From Glycera tridactyla (Eukaryota), in NCBI GenBank assembly GCA_965644265.1, contig OZ286469.1, forward strand, positions 61,628,001-61,692,000: a stretch of DNA of 64,000 nucleotides, given 5' to 3'. A model generated the notes under the pieces. That model did no database searches. It was given only the letters and a program-made list of their open reading frames with translations, and was not told the origin of the DNA. The position numbers and the translations under genes were made by a program. Numbering within the stretch: position 1 is the stretch's first letter; every line of letters begins with the position of its first letter. Shown here one piece after another: positions 37,391-49,500 of this stretch.

Positions 37391-39549
37391 TAAGCATCAC
37401 CCATCTTCCCACCAGCCGTAACAGCAGGTGTCAAGTGCCTTTATGTCTCCCAATGTGTTATTCCATTAGCCAAGACAGTTGTGCATGTAATATAATAATA
37501 TGCTGAATTATCACCAAGATTTATGGCCGTTTTGCCTTGATAGATGCACAAATGTGTGGTTTTCATGGGCCTAATGCAATCAGAACGTAACCATAGCAAA
37601 TGATAGAGGCTAGCGTGCGTGGTTATCCAGGATAATTCAATCAAACATATCGATAGCAAATTGTCTAGCACTGAAAACTATAGCTTTTGGGAGCATTTAA
37701 TCAAATATCATGAGCAGTTCTCGCTCTTTGTTGTGCCTGAGGAGTAGTGGTAGCAGCTTAGACTCGTAATCATTCACCCTTTTATTTCATGGACCGACTG
37801 CCAGCAAAATCTATGTACCAAGATTGTGGGCTACTGTCTCATATTCAGCTGGAAAAGGAAAGATAGTTTCAGTATTTGTCCATCATGACTGGAATGAAAT
37901 GTTGTGCAGTATGTGTCACACTTGTTAGATATTCCTTGACTGAACTCCAGGAGTTACGCAGAATTCCCCAAAGCAGCATGAAATTTAAATGACATTACCC
38001 TTTCTGTAATAGTGTTTCATGCTGATCATCCGGGGATGAAATTCCAATGTTGAAACCAGACATAAAACTACAGACTAACAGAAGAACAATGAGGGATATG
38101 AAATAGTGCATCCACTATTACATTGGAACTCACCAGTTTCTGACTTCTATGATTTCAAATAAATACTCTTGAAAGAATTGCGGTGCTGAACATGGGAAAT
38201 AATGAATTTCATTTCAGTATTGCACCACTGAGGTAACCCCAGCATTGAATTGAAAGAGAAAACAATACATCATTCCAGCAATTTATTGATCACTCGATGA
38301 GGCCTATATCCGTAGCTCACTATGTGGGATTATCCTGGAAAGGCCATCCTCCGATGGAAAGACTCACATATTTTTCTCCATACCACATATTTTTTCTCTG
38401 CTGAAAGTTGCGATATTGGTGGTGGCTGCTGGAGAAGCTAACACTGCCATCTAGTGGTAAGAAACATCACTTAATGGCAGGTTTTGCGATGCCCTCTTGG
38501 AAAAGTGCGGGATTAGTCTACATGCCGCCGCTGATGATGAGACCACGTAACCTCATCCTTTGTCTAACAACAGGGTGATAATGCACTTGTAGGGCTCTCT
38601 TCACTTCTTAACACTCCTACACTCACTGGCCGCTGAAACTTGGTGTGGTCATCATATTCTCAAGACAGAATTATTGGTGTCTTAATATTACTACAACAAG
38701 ATAAAAGAATGACTGGTAATCAATATATCTCTATTTATCCTGTAATAATCATATTTATCCTGATACACACATTTGGTTTTTCTCACAGTTCAAATAATGT
38801 TATCACTATCCAATTCTTCATTTTCTACTTAGTCGATACATTCTGCCTAGTCAGATTCACCAATCAATTTTCTACAAGAATATTGTTTTTGATTGCATGC
38901 CATTGCAAATCTTCCTCCAAGAGTGTCAGTACTCTGGCTTATGAACATAAATATCTCTGCCAACATGATTACTCATCTGTGACCAAAATAGAAATCAGCA
39001 AAATATCGCTCAAGATATGCCCAAGTAGACATGCACAAAAAGACCTTTACTTGTTAAAGCAGGACTTCAACAAAAGTTGATGACATCTCACTAAATAGTG
39101 GTATACATGCTGCACAGGCTAATATACATTCTCAAGAGCAGCAACTTTCCATGGACAGTATTACTTATCTTTCCAACACTATTGTGGATTCAGTTGGTTG
39201 ATCTTGAAGTGTTTGGATGTTGTACTTCTCAGCCCAGCATTTTCATTACATAATCTCACAAGTGCAGTGCATACAGCTGTCGGTGGCTGAGGCTGGAGGT
39301 GTGAGTGGATGCATTATTGCAATGGGAGGAAATACATGCAAGGGGGTGTGGTCTGTCTATATATCAAGTGTAGGGGGCCCTGATTGCACTGCCAGAAGTA
39401 TGGCAATACATTTAGAGGGTGCAGGGAACATGCCGATCCTTGTGTAAATCACAGCCTGCTATTATTGCTTCTTACAGCACCTCCCATGTGTGTGGGCTTT
39501 CTCACATCTTGGGTTCCCCTAGGCAATTGGTCCAAGGTAACCGCGCCAA

Positions 39550-39910
39550 ATGCACTCATAAGTATGGCATGGCAAAGGCACTCATTAGAAGGGGTGCTCA
39601 TTGGAAAGGTCACTTGGCACTCATGGTTGAGACCATTCATGGCAGAAATTATTCAAGGCAGACATGGCTCACCATGTGTGTATTGTCTTCAACGGAATCT
39701 CCCATGGTTGGTCCCCATGTGGAATATCTTCAACAGGATCTTCCACCGTGTCACACATGGTGATGGCACTGGGAAGGTCATTAGTGCCATAGGTCATTTA
39801 TGGGGTAGGACATTCATGGCTGAGGCACTCATTAGAAAGGTCACTGATGGCAGCTGTTATATATGGCATAGGGGCCACTCATGGCAGAGGTAGCTCAAGT
39901 GGCATATACA
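39550..39910. repeat. Degenerate short-unit repeat (GGCACTCAT / GAAAGGTCA motifs)
   Basis: Recurrent GGCACTCATTAGAA(A/G)GG and CATTCATGGC. Confidence 0.6.
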
Positions 39911-40499
39911 CACTGAAGCAGTGATGTTGATAAATTGGTTGGTGATTGGGCATCAGGTGCAGTTGAACTGGCTGCTCATCAGGGAGAAAGGTGTGAGAGT
40001 TTGTTGAAGATTCCTAATGACATCCGTTTGCCAGTTACTGTTCATCAGACCTGAAACTTTCCTCATTAATTCCACATTTTGTGCTGCCGAATAGTTGATA
40101 GCCGGCAAGCAACCATCATTATTGGCTGGACCTGATCTTCTCGCCTGAATAATTGGCAATGACTGTGTTAGATTCGACACAAAACTTGGATGCATCAATT
40201 CTATTGCCAAGAAAGCTAAGCAAAAATTGGGTGTGATCTCCCAATAAGAACATTTGTTGGCAAAAATACCCAGCAAGCACCAACCTTGACAAAATTTTGT
40301 GATATGTAAGGTGCCTTTTGATTGTGTACCCCATTGTACTAGACTCTTGAGTAATTGGCTGAATATTTATGTTTCTCTGATTGATCTACATTTATCATCA
40401 ATGGTACCTGATATTGTTAAATCGCATAATTTTTGTGTAATCGCACCACTTGGGAACCACTTCTATGATCATGGATGGAGATTAAAACGTATGCACACT

Positions 40500-40885
40500 G
40501 CGGTGAGTTGAAAGTCAAGCAAGCTTTCGGGAATGCATCTCCTCCCCTTTCTCTTAGCTAGTGGTGACTGCAAGAAAGCATCGTCATGTGATCCCGTAGT
40601 TGGAGAGGGTCACGTGAAGTTTTGTTGTCAATCAACTCCAGGTAAAGAGGCGGGAGAAGGTGTCAGCCCCGGTCTCGGTTCAGCGAGGGCTCTTCTTGAT
40701 TGATGAATAGGGCCTCGGCAACTCCGCGCTGAAACCATCTACTCTCCTGGTGTAAGACAGAGATATTCTCTTCGGAGAAGGGGTGGTGGTGTTGATGAAC
40801 ATGTTCAACCGCCGGAGAAGATGTTCGGTTGTGTTCTCGGTGCATTTTCTGAGTAACCTTTCAGTCTCACCAACATATTTTGCCT
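40500..40885 (-). mobile_element. Penelope-like element relic: GIY-YIG endonuclease C-terminus and 3' region
   Basis: YVGETERLLRK, then a frameshift, then EHNRTSSPAVEH...ISVLHQESRWFQRGVAEALFINQEEPSLNRDRG*HLLPPLY; typical PLE C-terminus; the stop is plausibly CGA>TGA decay. Confidence 0.85.
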
Positions 40886-41103
40886 CTATGATGTCATTTT
40901 GTGAAAGACACTGCTTCATCAGGACGGAATGGAAAGTTGGTCTGGAATACTGCTTGCTGTAAGGTCCTTTCAGATGTTCTCCTTTCATTCTTTTCTTCTC
41001 TTGTAGTTATGGTGCATCTGGAGTATATTCTAATTGTTTTCATGGATATCTTGAATTTCATATTTATTTGTGGGTAATAGATCTGTTATTGGTGTGTTTG
41101 CAG

Positions 41104-41285
41104 TGGAGCTAGCGATGATCATGGACCGTCTCTATGGTGGTGTCTGCTATGCTGGTATTGATACTGACCCCGAGCTCAAGTATCCTAAAGGTGCAGGTCG
41201 AGTGGCATTCTCCAATCAGCAGAGCTATATTGCTGCCATCAGTGCTCGTTTCGTACAGCTTCAACATGGAGACATTGACAAGCGT
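41104..41285 (+). CDS. orb2: CPEB2/3/4 coding exon, RRM2 (VELAMIMDRLYGGVCYAGIDTDPELKYPKGAGRVAFSNQQSYIAAISARFVQLQHGDIDKR)
   Basis: gtgtttgcag|TG GAG ... AAG CGT|gtaagt; 182 nt; near-identical to the CPEB2/3/4 RRM2 sequence. Confidence 0.98.
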
Positions 41286-42115
41286 GTAAGTATAAGCCAA
41301 CTGCTCAAGCTCAGCTGTCATTCACTCATGTAGTTAAGTCTGTTAATCTCTAGTTTGACTGGTTTGTCTCTCCCTCCCTTGACAGGGACAGGTAGTGCTG
41401 CTGTATGAAACTCCCCAACATGCTCTAGTGGTATCTCTCGCTTCTAGAATTGTGATGATGATGCCCTTCCTTCAGAAATCTGACAATATTGGGCCCAATA
41501 TTCCTTTTTCATGCATTTTTGATCACAAGGGCAGCAGCTGCATCCTCATCGTTTCAAGCAAGATGCAAGACTGATTATGTTGGCAGATTCAGATGAAATG
41601 AAATGAAGACGAATCCTCTTCAAAAGCATGCAGGCTATCTGTGATCGGGTTGTATGATTGTTGTCCTATACCATCCTATTATACTACTGAAACTCTAATT
41701 GGACGAGAAACAGCATGAAACACATATCTCTCGCAGTTGGATTTTGCTCCTGAAAGCCAAGCTTCATCGTTCATTGTATGTGTCACAGATAACAATCTAC
41801 ATTGATCTGCACATGCCAAATATGATGACTTCTGGGAATCGATGTACGGTCATGAGTTATCTTGACTTGCTCATTCTAATTTCAATGGTGCAGCACATAA
41901 TGGCCTGATGGCTGATGTAAATGGTTGAATGTATGTAGAATCATTTATAGCCTACAGAAAGCATTCATTTTGGTGATACAGCCCCATGGTTTGGGTATGC
42001 AATAGCAGGATCACTTGAATAAACGCTGGCAAATAGTATAGCAACCTAAGGTTTTCACCATCAAAGCTACACTAGCGGATCGTTGATACTGAAGTGGTCA
42101 TTTGTATGTTTGCAG

Positions 42116-42343
42116 GTGGAAGTGAAACCCTACGTTTTGGATGACCAGATGTGTGATGAATGCCAAGGAGCAAGATGTGCCGGCAAGTTCGCACCATTCT
42201 TCTGTGCCAACGTAACATGTCTGCAGTACTACTGCGAACACTGCTGGGCTCAGATCCACAGCCGAGCGGGACGCGAGTTCCACAAACCGCTGGTGAAGGA
42301 GGGAGCAGACCGACCTCGCACGGTGCCATTCCGATGGTGCTAG
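42116..42343 (+). CDS. orb2: CPEB2/3/4 terminal coding exon, ZZ zinc-binding domain (VEVKPYVLDDQMCDECQGARCAGKFAPFFCANVTCLQYYCEHCWAQIHSRAGREFHKPLVKEGADRPRTVPFRWC*)
   Basis: atgtttgcag|GTG GAA; Cys/His ligand pattern intact; TAG at 42341-42343. Confidence 0.98.
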   Translation: MEVKPYVLDDQMCDECQGARCAGKFAPFFCANVTCLQYYCEHCWAQIHSRAGREFHKPLVKEGADRPRTVPFRWC

Positions 42344-43580
42344 ATGGTGTCATTTGATCCAAGTCAACAGCTTAACAGCACTGTAATGAGTAGGATCGCA
42401 GATATGAAAGAATGCACCTCAGAACACAGTGTTTTCTTGCTTCCAAATAACAAGGATGAAGCGTGTCTCTGGACAGCAACCTTTACCGTGGTGATCCCAA
42501 TGTATGGATTCACCAACGAAAGATTGTTGTGCAGACAGGCAGTGGAAATATGCTCTCTCACCTCTCCACAAGACCCTCTCCTGAAAATCTCTTGCCTCTC
42601 TCATCTCATGATGTCCGCTCGTGTTATTGCTTCTCTGTCATGCTCTTCCTTATGTCACAAAGTGACCTGACCCCTTCCCCCACCATTCAACTAACTACTT
42701 TGTATTTCACTGTTATGAATACATTACTGCTTTGGACAGTGCAGTGCAATGCCGTGCGCCTTTTTGAGCTGTTGTAGATGTCTATTTAACCATACAAGAC
42801 AGGGTTACATGTTTGCTCCTAGTCAGCGGCCACTCATGGCCTGCCTTTTGTCAGGAGAGGGAGCTTGGTGAGAAAGCACATGTGACTCATTATTCCCAGA
42901 CTCATCCAGGATCTCGGCTTAATTCACCTCGCAAGGTTTATCACCATATTGCATAATTTGAGATCTTGGTTGAGTCGGGGTCCAGAATACCAAGCTTGGG
43001 CCCTGTTTCACTAAGACAGAAACTGTGCTGGTGGAACGGTCTCTCAGATCATTAATTTGCCTGCATGCTTCCCAAGGTGTATATGTATGTGTGCTTTTTT
43101 ATTAACATATTTATTGGTGGTTACACGGTGATTATACCGTGACTTCACGGTGGATGAGAAGGAAACCTTGGTAGTGGGTTTTTATTATTTATATATTTAT
43201 AGATATACTATATATTATATATTATTACAGATAACCTATCAATTGATTGAACCAATTCAATCACCGCCTGCACCAGTTTTGTCGAAGAGCGAATTGTCTC
43301 GAACAAGTTTTGTACATAAAAAGTTGGGTAATGCAGGAATCACTGGTTTCATGCTGGCACTTTAGGCAATTTCATTTTTTACTGCCAGCAACAGTGATGT
43401 GTGTTAATATGTGTTGTTGTTGTTAGTAGTTTGTGAAGAAGCTCAATAGCCTGAGAATGTGGTTAGTATGAAACCATTGTGAGGCTATCCGTTGAATGGT
43501 GGACTCAGCGTAGTCCATAGAATGAGGCGTTTGGCTATATCACTTAGGGCTCAAATAAATGAAGCATAAAGCTGCTCTTT
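42344..43580 (+). other. Proximal CPEB 3' UTR (minimum estimate; may extend many kb further)
   Basis: Follows the stop codon; U-rich; first AATAAA at 43554-43559. Cleavage site not determinable from sequence. Confidence 0.5.
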
Positions 43581-46500
43581 GTTTGGAGCTATCTTGGAAT
43601 CATTTTGAATAGGTAAGGAGTCAGACTTGTCGAGATGGACTTGCCATTCCAGGCATACATACACACGTTCCAGCATCTCCAATTCAGAAAGGTGAATGAC
43701 TGTTTGATCCCTGCTATTTTTAGCATGGAATTGAATACAGGTGCATTGCAGTTGCTGCAGCAACATTTATTTTGCATATGTATCCTTGTGCTGATCTTGC
43801 ATGCAATGAGTGCATGCAGATAAAGCCATTCATTGTGTTACCTGTGGCTCGACCTGATCTCATCATATACCAAGATACCTCGGAATTCCAACCGCCAGGC
43901 TGATCTTACACACAGCACATGCTAACAAACATATGAGTGGTAATCAGTTTCTACAAAGTACTTGCAATAATGCCTCAGACTATTTTTTTCTCTGGGAGTT
44001 TGTACGGATTTGTTGTTTGTAAAACGTGTACATGTTCATAATGTTCTCTCTGTAGAGCTGAGCAATAGTGACCGAACAGTACTTCAATTGCCTGCTTGTT
44101 GATGTCGATTGCTAGGGGTCATATTGTCTGATGATTTCAGAGTCTGTCATTTAAATGAATTTTCTGAATACCCATGATTTTTTCTGGTATGAATTGAATT
44201 TCTAATTGTAAAGATATGTCTGATTGACATGATATACATATTGGATCAGTTTTTTTAATTGAGTCTGTACAGATTATTGGCTTTGTATATTTTATTGTTG
44301 ATTGATGTGCAGAAGACTGCATGCTTTCTATCTGGTATTAAATGGATGTATGTGATTCATACACACATTTAAGAACATGTATACAACTATTTCATTTTCA
44401 AGGGATAATGTCGGTATGATATTATATACCAATTTATATTCACACTGTTAAATAAGAAATCAGGCCCTTCAAAGATATGGGCTATATATGTATTGAGGGT
44501 ATTCATGTGTAGATTTTAATCTACTTTACCCTTGTGGAATTTTACATGACCGCCCACATAGTCTGTAGCTCTTCTTCGATGGACATGGTGTCTTAATATT
44601 TGTAAAAGTGGTGAGAAGCATTGAATAATCACCCTTTTAGTATCTGATTGATGTTTGATTCTGGTTAATGATAATACAAATCAGTGATCATCGTCAATGT
44701 ACCAGGGAGTGGAAATGACAAGAATGATCACAAGATGGCAGTTGAACTATTGCATGGTGTTACTTAACCGTGAATGCTATATTTAAACCTGGTGATAAAT
44801 GTTTCATGTGTATACCCCTTTGTATGTTATTATCACTTGCATGTTATTTATTAATCAATCCACAAATAGCATATATAGCAACGCACGGATAAACAACATA
44901 ATGAACTGAATGTATGATCTCATTTGACCAAAGAATATCAGAAGACATCTCGCATGAAGTAGTCATATGTTAAGATTTGTATAATGCATACACACATATG
45001 GGTAGCCTATCGGGTGAAGTGACTTTACTGCAATTCCACTTGCTGCATCAAGGCCATACCACCAGATATGCTCTCTAGAACACAAACCAACACACTCTTC
45101 AACTTCTTAAAAGTAAAGATATCCACAGTTTCTTGATCTTCTCTTTGTATCTCTGCACAATGAGTCCTTCACCAGTATGTCTTTATATGGATTGACTGTA
45201 TCTATCGAAGGGTGTCTTTTAGACATTCCTTCAGGGGAGCATGCCTTTGAGCCAAAGTTTTCTTCACTTGAGGTGGTTTTGAAGGCTTGTCTTCCTTACA
45301 GTGGGCATCCCCAAAAGGAACCCCTGTACTATTTCTAAGTTGATCGTATGGCATTTCATCATTAATGTAGAGGCATTGTACTTGCGTGCATCGGTGTTAC
45401 ATAGACTCATTATTGCATGTAGTAGGCAGGCCAGATTACAGGAATCTTATTCACCTTTTTTCCACCAAAATTATTCAAATCATCTTGAAATTATTTGCTG
45501 CTTATGACATCAGAAGTGCTTGCGCACCATATCCTAAAGTCGGCAGTAATTCTCAGATTGTTCCGCATTGCGTGCATGATCTAGTCGATACTTGCACTTC
45601 AAACGAGAAGTGTTCATTTTGTATGTTGAGATTTGAAGATAATGAGATGGCCAGTCTTTCCACAGCATGAACATCGGTAACAGCCATGCCACATTTCTGA
45701 GATGTGACATGGTCCTCAACTGGTGGGGATGGAACATAGTTAGGACACAAGGGTGTGGAGTTAACTGTGATGTTGGTGTAGAAAAGGTTAATGCCAAGTT
45801 GGCTATCATTTTAGCCTTATCAGCTCTCTCTATCACTCACCTATTCTGGTACATATTTTGTGCACATTTGTTATTTACCTGCAGTATATTTATATCACAT
45901 ATAGGTCCTGCACAAATGAGAGCCATGGCAGCCAACTTGCATGTGATGATTGGCACTATTTGAAGAAATAGCGGTGATTGAGTATGTTGAGAAAACAGGG
46001 AACAGTAGTATCAATTGCTGATTACCTACCATTATAAATTAATTGTCAAAATCAAATTATTGACCCAAAACAAAATTTTTGAGACATTACTTGTGTCTCT
46101 CATCAGATACCACCATCAATTTGTCCAAATTTTGATTCTGATTCAGGTCTTTTTGGTGAAACATAGAGAATTGAGTTGGTGCTTTATGGAGAATGTGGAT
46201 TGTGTTAACAAGAATATGTTGTCCGTTCCTTATTCCCATTACACTATACTTGATTAACTTAGTTGAACCACTCAGTATCTCATGTAGGTGTCTACTTCTA
46301 TATTTGTGTCGCTGTTCATTAAATATGGGAAATGTATGCCTCCTAGTAGTGCTGGCAAACTTTTGAATTCCGCATTCTGATCAACTCTCTTCTAGACCTG
46401 CAAATGATAGCTTCCCTGTATCCTCTGGCAATTTTTTGGCCCCAATTGCCTACTTTCAGTCAAAAGTAGAGGACTTTAACATAAACCCATGTGATCCTTA

Positions 46501-49500
46501 TCCAAGTGTGGCTTGTTCGCTACTGCAGTTGCTGATGCTTGAATGATTTGATCGGATTCCATTCTTTATCTCTCAACCTGCATAACATCAGCGATGGCAT
46601 GAACACCAAACTAAAATTGAGGACCTCCACTTGTGAGTAAATTTGAACTAGAGTGACTTGCTTCCACCCCATCACCTGTGAGGTGAAATCACAGACCTTG
46701 TACCCTGACTGAGAAGAGCAGTGAGTGTGTTCCTTTATCCACACCTGCGGTATAGAATTGAAAGAATATTTCAGGCAGGACTTTGATGGTTTTGGAAAAG
46801 TCAAATATAATATTGCGTCATGATGTCATCTTTGTTGTTGAGTTGTTCTCGGTGGGTGCCGTGATCAGTAGAGTTGATGTGTGTATGTATATTTGAACTT
46901 GTTATTCCAAGCTCTGGAAGCCAGTCAGGTCAAGTCAAATGTTTTTCTCTTAAGCTTGCATGTTGTTGGACTGAGATGTTGATGAGAAGTGTCAGAGATC
47001 CAGCATATTTGTGCTCAATTGATATTGGAATTTGTTGTGCATAGTTTGGTGGGCTTGTATGGCATGGAAACAGTATTATGCTGTATTGAATTCATGTTAG
47101 TCAAACCTATCTCACTATCAAGATGGTAGACTATTGACGTATTGAACTGACTTGTTGCTTTCAGTCGAGATATCAGCTGTACAGACTGGTTTGTGAGGTC
47201 ACTATCTCCTATAGCTCTCTTTTGTAGTGTCTCAATCTACCTCAAGATGGAGTAAAGCATGCCTCATTAGTTCCCCATTCTCCTCGCAGGTGTCACTGTG
47301 TTTCTCAGTGCCATGCTTTTCAGGCTTGGTGAATGGATTATCTTGGCACTTGTTCGGCTTCTAATTGCTAGATGACAGCACTGTAGGTCCCACTACACAT
47401 CATGACACTAGATGAGAGTATCACCATGGAAATGTTAACCAGTGAGTGGACATCTTTTGGTTAGTACTCGTATTTAGGGATAACTCATGGTCCTAGATTC
47501 AGAATGATATGGGAGTCTTTTCAGATCATTTACATCACCATCACTAGAAGGTGAAATTGTGGTTTAAATGTGCACTCCTGAAAAATTATCAGAAAGTACA
47601 TCCCATAATTTTTTTTCTTGGCATCTCCTCCTGTGGTCAATGTGGCTGGCCATTCACAGGCCATTGCAAAGCTCAGCATAAGACCCCGCCCACATTCTAC
47701 GCTCTTATGTGCACATTGGAGCATGTTAAAATGTGACAGATCCTGGCCAATACAGTTTGACCGATATTGTATGACATCAACTGTTTTTGAAATGGTATGT
47801 CGGTGCTAACGCTAGGTTAGAGCCACATTCACCATACGTTGGCCCCCAGGTCACTTTGTGGGTCTATCTCTGTCAAAAAACGTGTTCAGCTAGTCATCCA
47901 TTTGTAATTTGGTGTATGTTACACACAGCGTGTCACAATGTTCTTTGATAATAATGAAACTTCTTTGTATTAATAATCATTCAATGTTAGGGTATGGGAA
48001 TCTTTTTATAAATAGTAAATATAATTTTTTGCTATTTTGTACATGTGAATTTGATGTAGATATTTATTGAATTTTTAATCTGAAGGTTACTGCAGACTAA
48101 TCATTTTGCTGAGTGAAAATGTCACCAAGGCTGACCTCCTGGTTGACATGAAATGGTATCCATGGAAGGGAATACCCCCGTGAATGGGGGATTCCCTTTT
48201 GCTGTACCTGTGGAGAGGAATCCCTCTTGCCTGTGAGGGATTCCCTGTGCTGTTTATAGGTTTATTTTCTTGAGTGATGGTGGTCATTGATGAGCGCTTG
48301 ACCCCTTTGTACCAATTGATTGAAGACCAACAATCATCGTTGGTCCATGTTAACTGCGTGCTCGCATCATTAATTTATTCTACTCACCCCTAGTGATATC
48401 TACCCTCTAAATAATATTGTATAATGATGATAGGTAATTTATTATTGATGTGTTACATTGTTGTTGGGGTACATTTTTGTTTGTGCCATTTTGTGTGCCA
48501 TATCAGTGTAATGTATCCACCCGATCTCAGCTACAGTAGTTCCAACTACCTTCAAAGTCAGCTCATAATACAAGTGAACCCCTGGTTTTATTTCTCCAGA
48601 GCTGTTTGCTGCTGTGGTTCAGATCCTGTGGAGACATAAACTGATTCAATGCATTAGAGTTGTTTTAAGTTGCGTGCATGTTAACGGGAGTCTTCGCTCC
48701 TGTGTGAGAGTGTGAGTGTCAGGCCGCATACGTGTGTGTGTGTGTGTTCCAACAAGACACACTGCGCCTGTCATGTAGAACTATTAAAACTACTACTAAT
48801 CTTTCTAGTGTCACTACACATTGTGTCTGTTAAATGTTGTGAATGTCTTGCCTGAGTGATGAGTACCATGATTAAGATGTCTGTTAGCTCTGCATCCCCA
48901 TCTGGCTGCCACCCCAACAAAATAATGTCACCATAGGAGGAACATTGGTTATGCCTTGTTCTGATTTGCTCACAGTGCTTCCCATATCCCATCAACTCAG
49001 AGTTACAAAAGTGTGTTTTTGCAACCTACTGGATTGGTTTTGATCATTATATATTTTGTGAAAAATTCATTATTTTTATATTCAGTGCTGAAATTCAATA
49101 TTAGCGGTAATAAAATGATCAGAATTTATTTGTAGATAACATGAGATCAGATGATATGGAGTAGCCCACCAGTATATATGATATCGGGTTTCTTCAAATG
49201 TCTGGTAAGATTTCGCAATCAACTTCAGAAAGATGTGCATTAATTTTTTTAATGATAATTGTCTAATTCTTAAATCACCATTCCCATTATCAATTTGATC
49301 ATTGATTCTTGCTTCCTATGCTCCATTGTCTATTCCTCTTCTCCATATCATAATTCATGGATGAGTTTTATATCAAGTTGATCATTCATTTTACCCAATG
49401 ATTATAGGGACTGTTTCTGTTTGGATTTATTGTTTAAGATGGTGATAGTAGTGGCCTTAAGTGATCATTATGGTTGGTGGCAGATGGTGTTGCAGAACCA

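Noticed and set aside
1-42115. CPEB3-type HDV-like ribozyme in the introns
   Set aside because: A manual scan of both strands for the L3 motif TYCHCGY flanked by a 3-bp P3 and a P1 partner found only near-misses (e.g. 1301, 7815, 30053, 32453 minus). A proper RNArobo or Infernal search would be decisive.
42419-42604. Track ORF labelled + (MREARDFQ...)
   Set aside because: The peptide corresponds to the reverse complement; it is antisense shadow and was not counted as sense-strand evidence.
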